The notes beneath the pieces are model-generated. The model worked only from the letters and a program-made list of their open reading frames with translations. It was not told where the DNA came from and made no database searches. Made by a program: the position numbers and the translations under genes. A DNA stretch of 64,000 bases from Pelomyxa schiedti. Lineage: Eukaryota > Protista > Evosea. Positions 46,601 through 61,325 of the stretch are shown here, one piece after another; the first letter of the stretch is position 1, and every line of letters begins with the position of its first letter. Where the stretch lies: NCBI GenBank assembly GCA_020536535.1, contig JAHLWZ010000862.1, positions 5,101-69,100 on the forward strand, given 5' to 3'.

Positions 46601-49600
46601 CCTACAGGATGAAACTAACTGCGACTCGCAATGCATCAGTTTCCATGCATCTGCCATTATCAAAGTACCCCTTTTCATTGCCTTACTAATAAAACCAATG
46701 CTCCAACCAAAAGACTTGTGGTGATTTAAGACATATCTTGAAAACATTTGACATGCAAATCAACCAGGCTGATATGGTTGTATTCAGACTTTTTGCAGGC
46801 AAAAGAGTACCTGCCAGACCCATGCATCAGAAAATATCTCACCTGCTATATAACAGGAAGCAAAATCCAGGACAAGCAATGTGTTGAAACCAGTGGATTG
46901 TCATGTTAAGTATACTCGCACACCAGCCATAAATGAGGGACTTGTGAGTCTTGAACCTGTTGAACTTTACTTTTCATACATGGATCTTGTGCTTATGACC
47001 CAAGTGTTCGAATCTCTACAGAGCACAGTTTTTCCAACCTATCGAAAACCAATCAAAGCTGTACAATCTGCAATGAGGTCATACCACCTCCAAACTCACT
47101 CAACTACAAGCAGAGAGGTAAAACAAAGAAAACAAACCTGGGAAAAATTAAAAAAAAAAGTTCACAGTTAAGTGCGTGTACTGCTGCTTGACAATCATCA
47201 ATGACTTCAAAGGAAGAGATACCCCCCTGTTTGAGCTTAGAGCAAACAATGTTCTATCCCGCGTCACTGACTGGGACACCTATGTAAGACTTTATAAAAT
47301 CAATCATGTTTGATGGGCCCTTTATTCCTTTTAGCCACAATTTTCGTCAGAACTACTTCTTGCAATTGACTTTTTCAACAACAACTTGATGTGCTATGAA
47401 CCCTTTGTGGAGCACTACTTTTTCAAATTTAAGGTCACATGCCTCTGACCCCCTGACCCCATTAATAATTTCTAGTTTGGTAGGACCCCACAGTGTAAAT
47501 TGATGTGCCTGATCGAGAGTCCTGAAGTTCTCAATATTAATTTTTCTCAAGCAATGGTCAGTATTTTCGTGTCCACTATCTTTACTCTGGTTGAGGATTA
47601 CTACAACAGATTATTTTCAGCTCAATGTAGCTCTTCACTTCAGTTTCTCAAATAAGAATCAAAACAGATTCAGAAGTGGCAACGACTTCGTCAAATTTTC
47701 ATCCATTGAATATTTTGAACAAAACTGGGGTGTCCTGCTCATATTTCGCTCCTCACAGTGATGATGTAGAGAGCCCACCAGAGCTTGTTCTAACTCAAGA
47801 TAAAATACTACCTCTTTCGCAGTGCGGGACTTCTATGAAGGTTAATCCCCTTGAAAAGTAATTGCAAAAAAAAGGTAATTCTAGAACATTTCTCCCTTGT
47901 AGGCAGGTAGAAACTTAATCACTGGTTATCAATTGGCCACAGTGGTGGTTGGTGCATTCACACAGAAGGAAATCAACATAGATCGACTTGGCATTGAAGG
48001 GAGACCTCTCCCTGATAGCTCATGGTTAATTTCAGAGGTATACAATCACATTTGACACCTAAGATAAAATCTGGCACAAGGTTAAGTGGACTGATGATGG
48101 AAGCAAATTACTTGTTCTTAGATCTTCGGTGATGCTCAGAAACTGTACCACAATGGAGATTGCAGTGTGCCTGCGTAACACTACAGGAAAATCAGAGCTT
48201 ATCCTGGGTTAGTTCTATTGCTTTCCAGCTGTACAAGGCCACAACTGACTATTTCACAGCACCTGATGAAGAGTCTCCAATCCCTTTGCAATTCTCTTCA
48301 AGAGGGTTAGTTTCTGCACGTAATTCTGCCAAATTCCGTTATTTCGAACCTCAATTGAAGATTGAATCTCTCAAGCCTCACAATGTAAGATAAGCATATT
48401 AATTCTCCTTACCTTTTTGCAGGGTGTCCACTGTTCAATTTGCAGTGACGCCTCACTATCTAATCAGTACTTGGTCGTGATTGTTGAACAAGAAGAGAAA
48501 ATAAGGTAAAGTCAAAGGAGATAGACCCATTTATTCTTACATTTACACAGTAAAGGACTACTGCCTTTTTATTTGTCCACGATAACTTTCTATGCTCCTA
48601 TCACTATTGTAAATGCGCTACCCTATCCTTTTAGTGTCGCTGGGGTGTGTCCCTTTTTCTCAGTACTTCCGTTTAATTGTGTTCAGCCAGAGGATTCGGG
48701 TTTATGTTTCACTGTGGAGAGTGACAGCTGTAAGCCTATTTTTGACCATAATGTCAACTACAACTTAGTTTTACGTATCTCAGGATTGCCAGGTCAATTT
48801 TAATCCTTTACTTACGTTGTTTCAACTCAATCAAGGTTTCAAGGAGACCAAATTAAAATTGAAAACCAGGCAATGTTCCATAAACCATACTGAAAAACTA
48901 CTTTTCTGTGACAAGTTTGACCAAAAGATGCCCATTTTCATTGATGTCAAGTATCTTTCTCATTTTTGGTGGAACTCTTTTCTAACAACACTGCTCAGTT
49001 GTGATAAAGGACTTGTTCTAACTTTCTATTCACCATGTTGGATTATAAACAACAGTGAATTGCCAATATGGTGTCAGCCCGTACCTTGTCGCTCTGGTCT
49101 TTGTGCACCCGGTCAAGGTATCATACCATTTCAAATATATTTCTTGCCTAATTTCCACAGTGAGCGCATTATCCACATCTCCATTGCTATATTCTGAAAA
49201 GAAATTAGCTCTGAGGCTTGTCTAATTCCATAGCCACATCCATTAACTTGTTCATAGGACCCAAGATGGATTGCACTGGTCCAAAGTTTGTAACAAAGAC
49301 TAACAGCAGCGATCAAAATAATCCTACCATTTTCTTCCAAGGGTTTTTCTGTTGAATCTCTGGGTGTTGGAGGGGTCGTGCAAATCCTTGGCCATGTTGG
49401 GCATGCATATACTCTCAAAGTCACAGTTCAACCTGGATTGGGATCGGTTCGTCTTTCCAAAGTGTTTGCTGCACTCACAATTTCCTTCAGTTCTACAGAA
49501 CAAAGATAGTCACTTTATTTTCACAGTTTATGCTTAGTAATGCTATGGCTTTGCCTCTACTTTGGTCGCAACCATGCACCCATGGAAACACTCATACTGG

Positions 49601-52600
49601 TGTAATACTTCCAGGAGAGAAGCAACCGTTCCACTTTATGCAAACAGGACCCAAAGTTTTGTCTATTAAAGCTGACGCCCGCAATACCCTTTGGTTTCTT
49701 CCTCCACTTCTTATCCTCTAGTTAAGAGCTTAGGTCTGGAGTGTTCTCTATATCACATGTAGGAGAGTTTTCCGTGAAATGCCGATCTGAAAAGAGCACA
49801 GGTACACGTTCGAAATCCACCATTCTACATTGACCAGAGCTTTGTAAAGCCGAAGACTACTATATACATGTTGAAGTGAATGACGACTCTGAGTGCACAA
49901 GTGTTTTACTTTCAGAGCAGAACCCAGAAACTCCTAATTTTGTCATTGAAAATGATACTTCATTGGATCTGGATTTTCAACAAAAAGTTACTTTTCAATC
50001 ACCTACCTTCTCGGCTCTTACTTTTAAACCAGAAAACCACTGTTGATCCCCTACATCTTCCAACCAAAACTGCCGCGATGTATGTATGGGATGAACCTCT
50101 TGGTGATATGAATCTCTTAGTCTCATGTGAGGCAGTGAAATCACCCCTTTCTTTTAATATACAGAAAATCAAAGCGTTTGATGTAGTCAATATCAAGGTT
50201 TTTTCCACTTTCACAGCCACTTCTAACTTCAATCAGGGTATTGCTCCAATTTACCCATTTGTCAAGATGGAAGGTGTCACCAGAGTTTTTGTTTTAACAC
50301 ACACAAATGCTCGGTACAATAGTGATACTGCCGACGAACCAAAAAAGGTACATCGTTCTGTCACATATTTGACTGAAATTCCTAATAGACTGGTGAAGTG
50401 CGTAACTTTACTATTTCCGTCCAATTGGCAGGTTTGGGGATATCAGTGATTTCTAAAACTCCGAAGGTACTCTTCAAATTACTAGGGTCCATCTGATTTT
50501 TTTTTGCAGGAAATATTATTTTGCAGTTTGAGTCGAATTCATTGTGCTGTGGAAGCACTGCCTAGAGAATTTGAGTTTGAACTGCAAGTGGCGGCACTCC
50601 AGGTTTCAAATTAAATTTATTTTTCCTTTGTTTTCCCAACAAATGAAGGTGGATAATCAAGATCCTGAGGCAGAATTCCCAGTGGTACTCAGATCTATTC
50701 TTCGAGATCAGAAAAAACCGGCAGTTCATGTCAGTTTTGTGAAGTCAACTCAATATCATATCCTTGCACTAAGTTAATTCTAACACAAGTTGCACAAACA
50801 TATCCTTAACTTTATGGAAGCAAAATTGACTATTTCAGCTACTTCTCCATTTTATTACAAGAAATGGAGTTAAATATTGAGACACACTTCATTGATTCTA
50901 TCCTTCAATTCTACCAGTCGTTACCCTTTCAAGATATAAGAGGAATTTCACCACAACAGTACATTTCCAAATTTCTGACTTGATAAATAACTTCGCTAAG
51001 GTCTTCATTTTTGACTGCCCCTAAAATGATTTATTTTAAGCTTTTATTTCTGCAGCCTATCAAAGTGTATCTAACGTTGTCCTGGTCCTCTGATACGCAC
51101 TTAGGAATCAAGTAAACATTATGGGCCAAGTGGGCAACTAATAATTTTTTATAGAAACAATCCTCTCATTGCCGTTTTTCAAACTGTGAGTAGTGCTGTG
51201 GCTAATGTTGACCATGCACCAGTGTGCCTCAACGCCCTTCTGCTAGATCACCCTTTCTGTCGTCGGAATAGACTTTACAGTCTCATTCGGACACATTATA
51301 CACGTCAACTTTTAGCTGAGTTTTATAAGATAATTGGCTCCTCCGATTTACTTGGTAATCCTGTAGGCCTATTTACTAATCTTTCCACTGGTTTGTCTTG
51401 AAATATTTATTCTTCCATATCCACTTGTTTTAGGGGTAATGGACTTCTTTTATGAACCAGCTCAAGGTCTTGTTACTTCTCCTCAGGCCTTTGGTGTAGG
51501 ATTAGCCAAGGTTTAATGTATGTTTGTATTGCAACCACTAAGTATTTTTTTTAGGGGTCCAAAAGTTTGGTAAAAAATACCGTCTATGGCCTTTTCAACT
51601 CCCTCAGCAAGGTGACGGGTGCTCTTGGAAAAGGTGCTACCCCCTCTTTTGCAAGCAAGAGCGCTTACAACTGTAGGTGTGGCCGCATTATCAATGGATG
51701 ATGACTATCTTGCCAAAAGGAGAGTCAACAGAAAGAAAAAGCCGAAAAATATTGGGGATGGTACCGTTCAAGGTATTTTCATTTCCATAAAAAAAGCGCT
51801 TCATATTTCAAAGGTGTCAAACAACTTGGCTCTGGAGTCCTTCTTGGTATTACTGGAGTTGTGGTGAGGAGAACTTACTTGGTTTCCCTTTTCCAACCAT
51901 AATGTAAACCAGAACAAACCGGTGGCTGGAGCGGCAAAAGGTGGTGCAATTGGTTTTGCCAAAGGTGTTGGCCAAGGGATTGTAGGGTACATAATTTTTG
52001 CAATCCTAACTTCGCCTTAATTGACTTTTTAGAGTGGCTGTGAAGCCTGTTGCTGGAATCTTCGATCTTGCTTCTCAGGTACATAAGCTGGCGATTCTTC
52101 TTTATACTATTATGCTAAGTGTATTGTTCCTTTTATAGACCACGGCAGGAATAGGCAACACAGCACTGCTTCTTGACAAGAAAGTTCACGAGGGACGTAT
52201 TCGCAAATTTCCACGTCTCTTTGGTCCCAACGGGCAACTCCTGGTTGATATACTTCACACAATAAAACTCTAAAATGATACGTTTTATCAGGAATATCAC
52301 GAAATTGAAGCAGAAGGTGCTGCACTGCTGCTTCAAACCAAATTTTCGAATACTGACACGTACGTGCACCACACAATTGTGAGCAAGGCTCGAATGGTGT
52401 TACTCACAAGCAACCGGCTTCTCGTACTAAGTGTTCCATCCCATAGTGTCTTGGAGCAGATACCCTACACTGGTTATTCTATTGTTGAAATAAGTTCAAA
52501 GCCTAATGTTTTCGCAGATGTTGCCCAGTGGGACCTGGTAGAGGGAGGCATTAAAGTATTCCTCAAGAAAGGAGAGACGATAATCCTTGCTGCTACAGAC

Positions 52601-52732
52601 CCAGCTATTCTAATGCTGCTCTATACCAAAATTATTGCCTGTGCCAGAGGGTTTGTCCCCATCTCAAATTCCGAACCTCACTCACTTCGAAACTCACAAA
52701 GGTTTTCCGGCCTGGTTGTAAAGAAAAGTTGA
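40673..52732 (+). CDS. VPS13: VPS13-family bulk lipid transfer protein, dozens of short introns
   Basis: Chorein-N-like start MANALVRDLFVGVMRQFFV, GSFLEKLIDKLLSNVQIYIEDVNICYKD, PKAWWKYA; VAB-like FYAPITIVNALPYP and FYSPCWIINNSELPIW; C-terminal KVDNQDPEAEFPVVL, YKIIGSSDLLGNPVGLFTNLSTG, DFFYEPAQG, KPVAGIFDLAS. Confidence 0.95.
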
Positions 52733-52859
52733 CCTGAACTTGGTTACACGCGAAGTAAAAACAAGTGCTGTAAATGGTAGACTAGAATAAAACTCCACTT
52801 ATTTTGTTGGTCTTGTCCCCACCCTTTTTGTGGATGAGTGTATACATTGGATAGGAGAG

Positions 52860-55525
<2,666 letters not shown>

Positions 55526-55658
55526 TTGGACCTTTTTTTTGGAGAAAAATGCAGGAAATAGATAACTCTTTGTTTTTATTGACTACTACAAGCATCAATC
55601 ACATCCACTCACCCCCACTCGCAGTCAAGTTCCCACTCCCGGCCCCACTCCACTCCCC

Positions 55659-56323
55659 TCACTCGGTTGGCCAGGCCGGCTCCTTGTTCCACGCCTCCCT
55701 CTCAATTGCCTCGTTGATCCACCTAAGGTGCCTCTTCTCGTCCTCCCAGCCCCCCTCGACCAGCTGACGTCGTCCGGCGCGGCGGTCCCAGTCCCGGCCC
55801 CCGGCTCCGTGCCCGTGGCCCACTGCACCACGTTCTCGTACGTCTTGTTGGTCAGCTTCTCGTTGGTCGACATGGCAGACATCATCGTGCGCGCAGACAC
55901 AGTGCTGGCCATCGCCATCCCGCTGATCATGAAGCCCTTGAAATCCCTGGCAAATTTCGGTGGGGTTCCGCCATACTAGAGCATGGGGTGATGTCAGCTA
56001 TAAATACTTCACGAAAATCGATTATTATTAATAATTAGTAATTCCTTTAAACTTGCACAGACCTTGGTGACAAGAGTGGACATGTCTTCTACGTGGCGCA
56101 TGTGGTCTGCTTGGAAAGAAGCCAGATTGCTGCTTATCTCGCCTACAAATAAATATTTAGTGCTAAATCGAAAACTACAGTTAAACACACTAAGTTCAAC
56201 AAAAGAAAAGTTGACTGAATTACCTTTGGGGACTTTCTGAACCACCAAGTCATAGGCATGCCATGCATCAATGTCCAAGTGGATCACTTCATTGAGTTTG
56301 CTGATGATAGTATCTGAATTCAT
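55659..56323 (-). CDS. Bacterial-type ferritin-like four-helix protein (DUF2383/PA2169-like), two introns, apparent frameshift near 55764
   Basis: LNEVIHLDIDAWHAY, FQADHMRHVEDM, YGGTPP..RDFKGF, MSAMSTNEKLTNKTYE; the last helix LVEGGWEDEKRHLRWINEAI lies in a different frame downstream of APDDV. Confidence 0.78.
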
Positions 56324-56511
56324 TGCCGCTATCTCGTTTTCCTTTCTTCTTGTCTCTTATTGTTCTCTCTGAAGATAGTGTGAGTTTTATGTTCTCATTA
56401 GCCAATAATGAGTAGTCAACGAGTAAAGGCAAATTTCGATTTTTTTCCCCAACTTTTAAACGACACATCAAAGTTGGCAAAACGGCAAAACGGTTTGGGT
56501 TCTTGTCCTCT

Positions 56512-57437
56512 TCATTCATCGTGCTTTATCATGCATGCTGTGTAGTTGTACCATCGTCCTGCTCTGGGAAGTACTTCCAAACGAGTGCTTACAGCAAGCT
56601 GTAAGAGTATTTTCACTGAGATTGTATCTAATGAGTCGGGAATACTACCTTCTTTATTATCATGTAGGGTGTGAAGTTTGGGTTAATGATAGAATCACTT
56701 ACTGCAATCACACCACCATTCCTTACAACCCTTGAACACTCAGAAAGTGCGGGTTTCATATCTTTCCTGAGCTCAGGCAAAACGCACACCATGACAACGG
56801 CATCAAAATGATGTGACGCAAATGGTAGCTTTCTTACATCTGCAGTGAGGCATTTGATGTTGGCAAGTGAGTCTCTGCCCTTCTTTGCCACTTGGAATTT
56901 AGTAATGTTGTGAGAGAGTCTATTTATCATGCCCTTCTGGACATCAACAGCAACGACCTGAATAGTAAACAGCAGCCATCACAATAGAGTCAGGATGCAA
57001 AATGAGTCAGTTAGGGTGCAAGAACAAGACCGTTGGTTGTTTGAAACAACAGCACTCACTTCAGAATTGGGTCCCAGAAAAGAAGCCAGAGGCAAGGTGA
57101 AGCATCCACCAGCACACCCAACTTCCAACACTCTCAATGACAGTGGTGAAGATAATGAAGAATGATGAGTCCCAGAATTCTTGGCTTTCCCAGAATAGCT
57201 GTGGCCCAAGACCCCACCACTATCGCTCCCATAATGACGCTCGACGGCAGCAGCGCTGCCGGGCAGGAGCAGAGGCGAGAGCGAGCGGCGGATCACGACG
57301 GTTGGCGATTGAAGAGACGCCCGGGCACGGGACTCGAACCACGACGAGAAAAACACAGGTGCTGGCGGTATCGCTGCCCGCGCCAGCGCCAACGAAAGCG
57401 CACCAATCGACGCCACCGCTGGTCCCTTTACAATCAT
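56512..57437 (-). CDS. Class I SAM-dependent methyltransferase (type 11/UbiE-like); a short upstream exon from 57530 is possible
   Basis: LRVLEVGCAGGCFTLPLASFLGPNSEV|VAVDVQKGMI, TADVRKLPFASHHFDAVVMVCVLPEL..ALSECSRVVRNGGVI; last exon ..GRWYNYTACMIKHDE*. Confidence 0.78.
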
Positions 57438-57885
57438 GGAACCGAAAACTTTCTTCTTCAGGCCTGAAGTTCTGAATCAAAAAGGGGTTATAGTGGGAGG
57501 GAAAAAAGTCTTAGGAAACTGTGAGGGCATGTTCAGAGGCGGCTATGTCAGAGGAAAAGCGTAGCCGCAAAAGCTGTCCGATGGCATCTGAGACGTAGTG
57601 ACGGAACAAAATCGAAATGGAGCCGAGTTTTGTTTGCTTTGGCGTCAGAGAGGGAACCTGGCGTTCATTATACCGCACGGGATATCGCCAGCCCTGCCGT
57701 AATTGTGGGTGGGGGCTGTTCCTTTGAAATGATTTGGAACTTTTTTTTCAATCGAATTCTAAAGAGAACAGAGGGCTAATTCCCGGAAGATCAGATCTTG
57801 GACAGAAGACAACATAAAAGAAAAACAAACCACCATTGTTACGACGCGGTAGCCTCACCGGAGTGCTGTGTAGTTGTGTGGCAGG

Positions 57886-59802
57886 ATGATTAATATATGG
57901 CTGTTGGTGCTGATGATCGTATTTCCGATCGTCCTTCTTGCGGCGAACGTATACTTCATCGTGTATTTCCAGCACATCGACGATAAGTACGCTGCATGGG
58001 CAGCAAAGGCCGTAGTGGTACGTGCTTTTTGCAGCCTAGATAGGCTTTACAACTTGGTTTTTTCTTTCTCTTACTTTCAAAGTTGGTTAGCTTGGAACTC
58101 TCCGAATGTAGCATTCTGATGCTCCCTTTGGATGTACTTAGAATTCTAAGACGGACTCCAGCATTAACCTCCTTCCCAAGGTTGCAAACCGCGGCCCCCC
58201 AGACGGCGAAATTCCTATGGATATAATATGGCTAGTTGTTTACATCACAATGGCTGCCCTGGCAATTATAGTAGTTCCATTCTCCATGTTTTATTATGAA
58301 TCTGAGGAAGCAGAAAACAACTCGTATGACTTCCTAGTACTTGTTACACAATTAATTTTGTTTTAAGGATATGTAAGCAAATACGCGGTGGCATATGCGG
58401 GGTCGTAGTGGTTCTTATCATTTTCACGATCGTTTTTGTGGTGTCCTATATCTTCTTTGGTGTTGCTGAGGTTCCAGTACAGCGCTTACTCTGTGGCTCG
58501 ATATCGGATTTAATACCTACTTCTGATTGCCCTCAGGTACACTGAATCACGTTTGTCACACTTACTAACTCGGATAGTGTGCCAGTTCGAATATTAACAC
58601 CAACATTAGAGTTAGCCCCGCCCTTTATGTAATTTCGACTGTAACATTCTTTGGGTTGACTCCTTACTTTCACTACTCTGACTCACTTTATTTCTCAGGT
58701 GGTTTTTAATGATTATTATGGGAGGGATTGGTCTTGCTGCCCTGCCATTCGATCTCATTGCAGATTTTAAATATCGACCTCGGACAATTAGTGAAGACAC
58801 GTTAGGCGCAGGACATGGTTATCAGCTCTAACATTCCACAGCTTCACGAAGCACAAGCACGAACTCGCAAAGCAAGTTCTAGAACTCAAGAAAATTGGAG
58901 AAACTCTTAAAGACAAGAGAGTTCATGGAAAAATCAACGCCCGTAAATACCGTGAAAAGCTCAACGAATTTCGCCAGGTAAGGTGTTTATCTTCTCCTTA
59001 TTTAAGAAACTCATTAAGTTTAGTCTGTTTATCTTCTCGACTGGGAGTATCAGCGGTTGAAGGATTCTTATTCCTTCAAGGGAGTCAAGCTCTTCATCGC
59101 GCACGCAAAACTGGTTCTGGGATTTCTCAGGTAAATCACTTAGTACAAATGAATTTTTTACATGCCTCTGTAACACAATGTTTAGCATCGGTGTGACAAT
59201 AATGTGGATTTTGCATATCATTATTTACATGCCACCAAATGGTCCCATTGACCCTTTCCTAAATACTGTTGCTATTAAGCTGAATGACGCCTGGGGAATG
59301 CTTGGTACTATTTTTTACGGGATTATGGCATTTTATTTGCTCCTGTGTGTCATGAAGGGCACTTTCAAATTTGGCATGCGGTTCTTCTTTTTAATTCCAA
59401 TCTATCCCATGGAGTATGCCCTTCATTTCATCAACTTTTTTTTTCCCACACATACTTGCCAGAGTTGGACGAACAACTATGAGCGCTATGCTTTTTAACA
59501 CGGCATTAATTTTGATTGAATCCATGACAGTCACGCAATTTTGCACAGAAGCGTTTTCGCAATTCACACACACAACCGCAATCAACCGTATGCTTCTTGC
59601 ATAAAATCCAAAGACATAACTAACTGTGAACAAAGAAATGTTCTCCATGTGTGTCTACAACCTGAGGATCATAAAGTACTTCTGGATTTACTCACAATAC
59701 GTACTGCTTGGCTTTATACCACTGACACTTATTGTTCTGTTCATCAAACCCCGTGATATACCTGCCGCATCTCAAGATGACCCAAGGTTTGATAAGGTTT
59801 GA
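57886..59802 (+). CDS. LMBR1/LIMR-family multi-pass membrane protein
   Basis: [24 protein letters not shown]|[57 protein letters not shown]; stop 59800-59802. Confidence 0.9.
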
Positions 59803-60109
59803 GTTACAGGAACATTGTTGTTCCTTTTGTACATCTTGCCAGTAAATAGTACTTTTTAAAAAAAATTGCCCCCCACCCATCCACCAATCGGAGATCATAA
59901 ATTTCACACTTCGTTCGTGTTCCTTGTTTGTTGATTGCCCCATCATGGAGGTTAGAGTCAAGGGCTACTTTGGTTTGGGGTTTGCGTAGCTTCGAATCTA
60001 GGCAAGCTTCAAAGCTCCTTTCCGTTTTTGAACCGAAACGATGAGCGATTTAAACAAGAACAACACAAAACAAACTGCAGCCCAAGAACGCCCTTAGTGA
60101 AGTCTTGGA

Positions 60110-61325
60110 ATGGGTCACTTTTTGATTGGAGTTGCTGTGTTGCTATTTGCAGTTGCATTGGGATGTGGCATGTGTGGAACGGCTTCAGAGTGGTCTCAAA
60201 GGACAATTTATCAGTTGCTGACTGATAGGTTTGCAACTGCGGATGGGTCTTCTCCCAGTTGCTCCCTCTCAGACTATTGTGGCGGGAAGTGGGATGGAAT
60301 TACTGACCATCTCTCTTATATCAAGGGTGTGCGCTGCCACTCTCTGATTCATTGATTTAGTCATTTTGTAAGCTAGATATGGGATTTGATGCTATTTGGA
60401 TAAGTCCAGTTGTGAAAAATACTGCTGGTGGTTACCATGGATATTGGACACAGGATTTTTATTCCTTGAACCCCTACTTTGGTTCTGAAGCTGATTTGAC
60501 CACCTTTATAAAGGTGAGCTCCTAGTTCTAATATTCTCCCCTCAGACCAATAACCAGCTTTAGGCGTGCCACAATAACGGAATGTGGGTCATGTTTGACG
60601 TTGTTGCAAACCACGTTGGTGAGGCCCAATTTGTGCCGTTGGAACATTCGTAACTTAGTTTGATTTAGGAAATGTTGGTTATGATTATAGCTCCATAAAT
60701 CCTTTCAACACAGCTACATACTACCACGACTGTTCTGGATGTCCCTCGGTAAAACCTCCAAGTTTATCTCTATTCTATATCTTACTTCTTTCAGAGCTGC
60801 AATATTGAAAATTATTCCCTTCAGGACCAAGTTTGCTCTGCTTCACTTTTCCTTTCTTCCTTCTCACACAAGCCAAGGTTGAACATTGTAGGCTTTCCGG
60901 TATGCCAGACTTGAACCAGTCAAACTCTTACGTGGAGAGCACACTCGATTCCTGGATACAGGACCTTGTCGATACGTATGATGTAGACGGTATTCGCATT
61001 GATACTGTCCCCGAGGTACAGAGAGAATCACTAATGATTTACTTACTTTCAATAGGTGGCAAAGTCTTTTTGGACTGGGTTCCAGGCTTCAGCGGGTGTT
61101 TTCGGAATTGGCGAAGTGTACGATAGTAGAGTCGATTATGTTGCTGGATACCAGGGCTATGTTGACTCTGTGCTTAGCTATCCAATGTTTGACACTTTGA
61201 GAGTATGAAGAATCGTCCAAGAATATCTAATCAACAATTGTTAGGGTGTATTCGAAAGTAAGAATTCTATGTATGATATACAGAATGAGCTCAACTCCTA
61301 TTTTTACGACATAAATGCTCACTGA
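60110..61325 (+). CDS. Secreted GH13 alpha-amylase (Taka-amylase type), 5' part; conserved region IV not reached before the tandem array
   Basis: Signal peptide, [50 protein letters not shown] (region I), [16 protein letters not shown] (region II), IGEVY (region III); in-frame TGA 61323-61325 near the repeat junction. Confidence 0.9.

Noticed and set aside
57539-57568. 9-bp hairpin GCGGCTATG..CGTAGCCGC in the divergent gap
   Set aside because: A single short stem with no tRNA or known ncRNA features; expected by chance, although it could be checked with Infernal.
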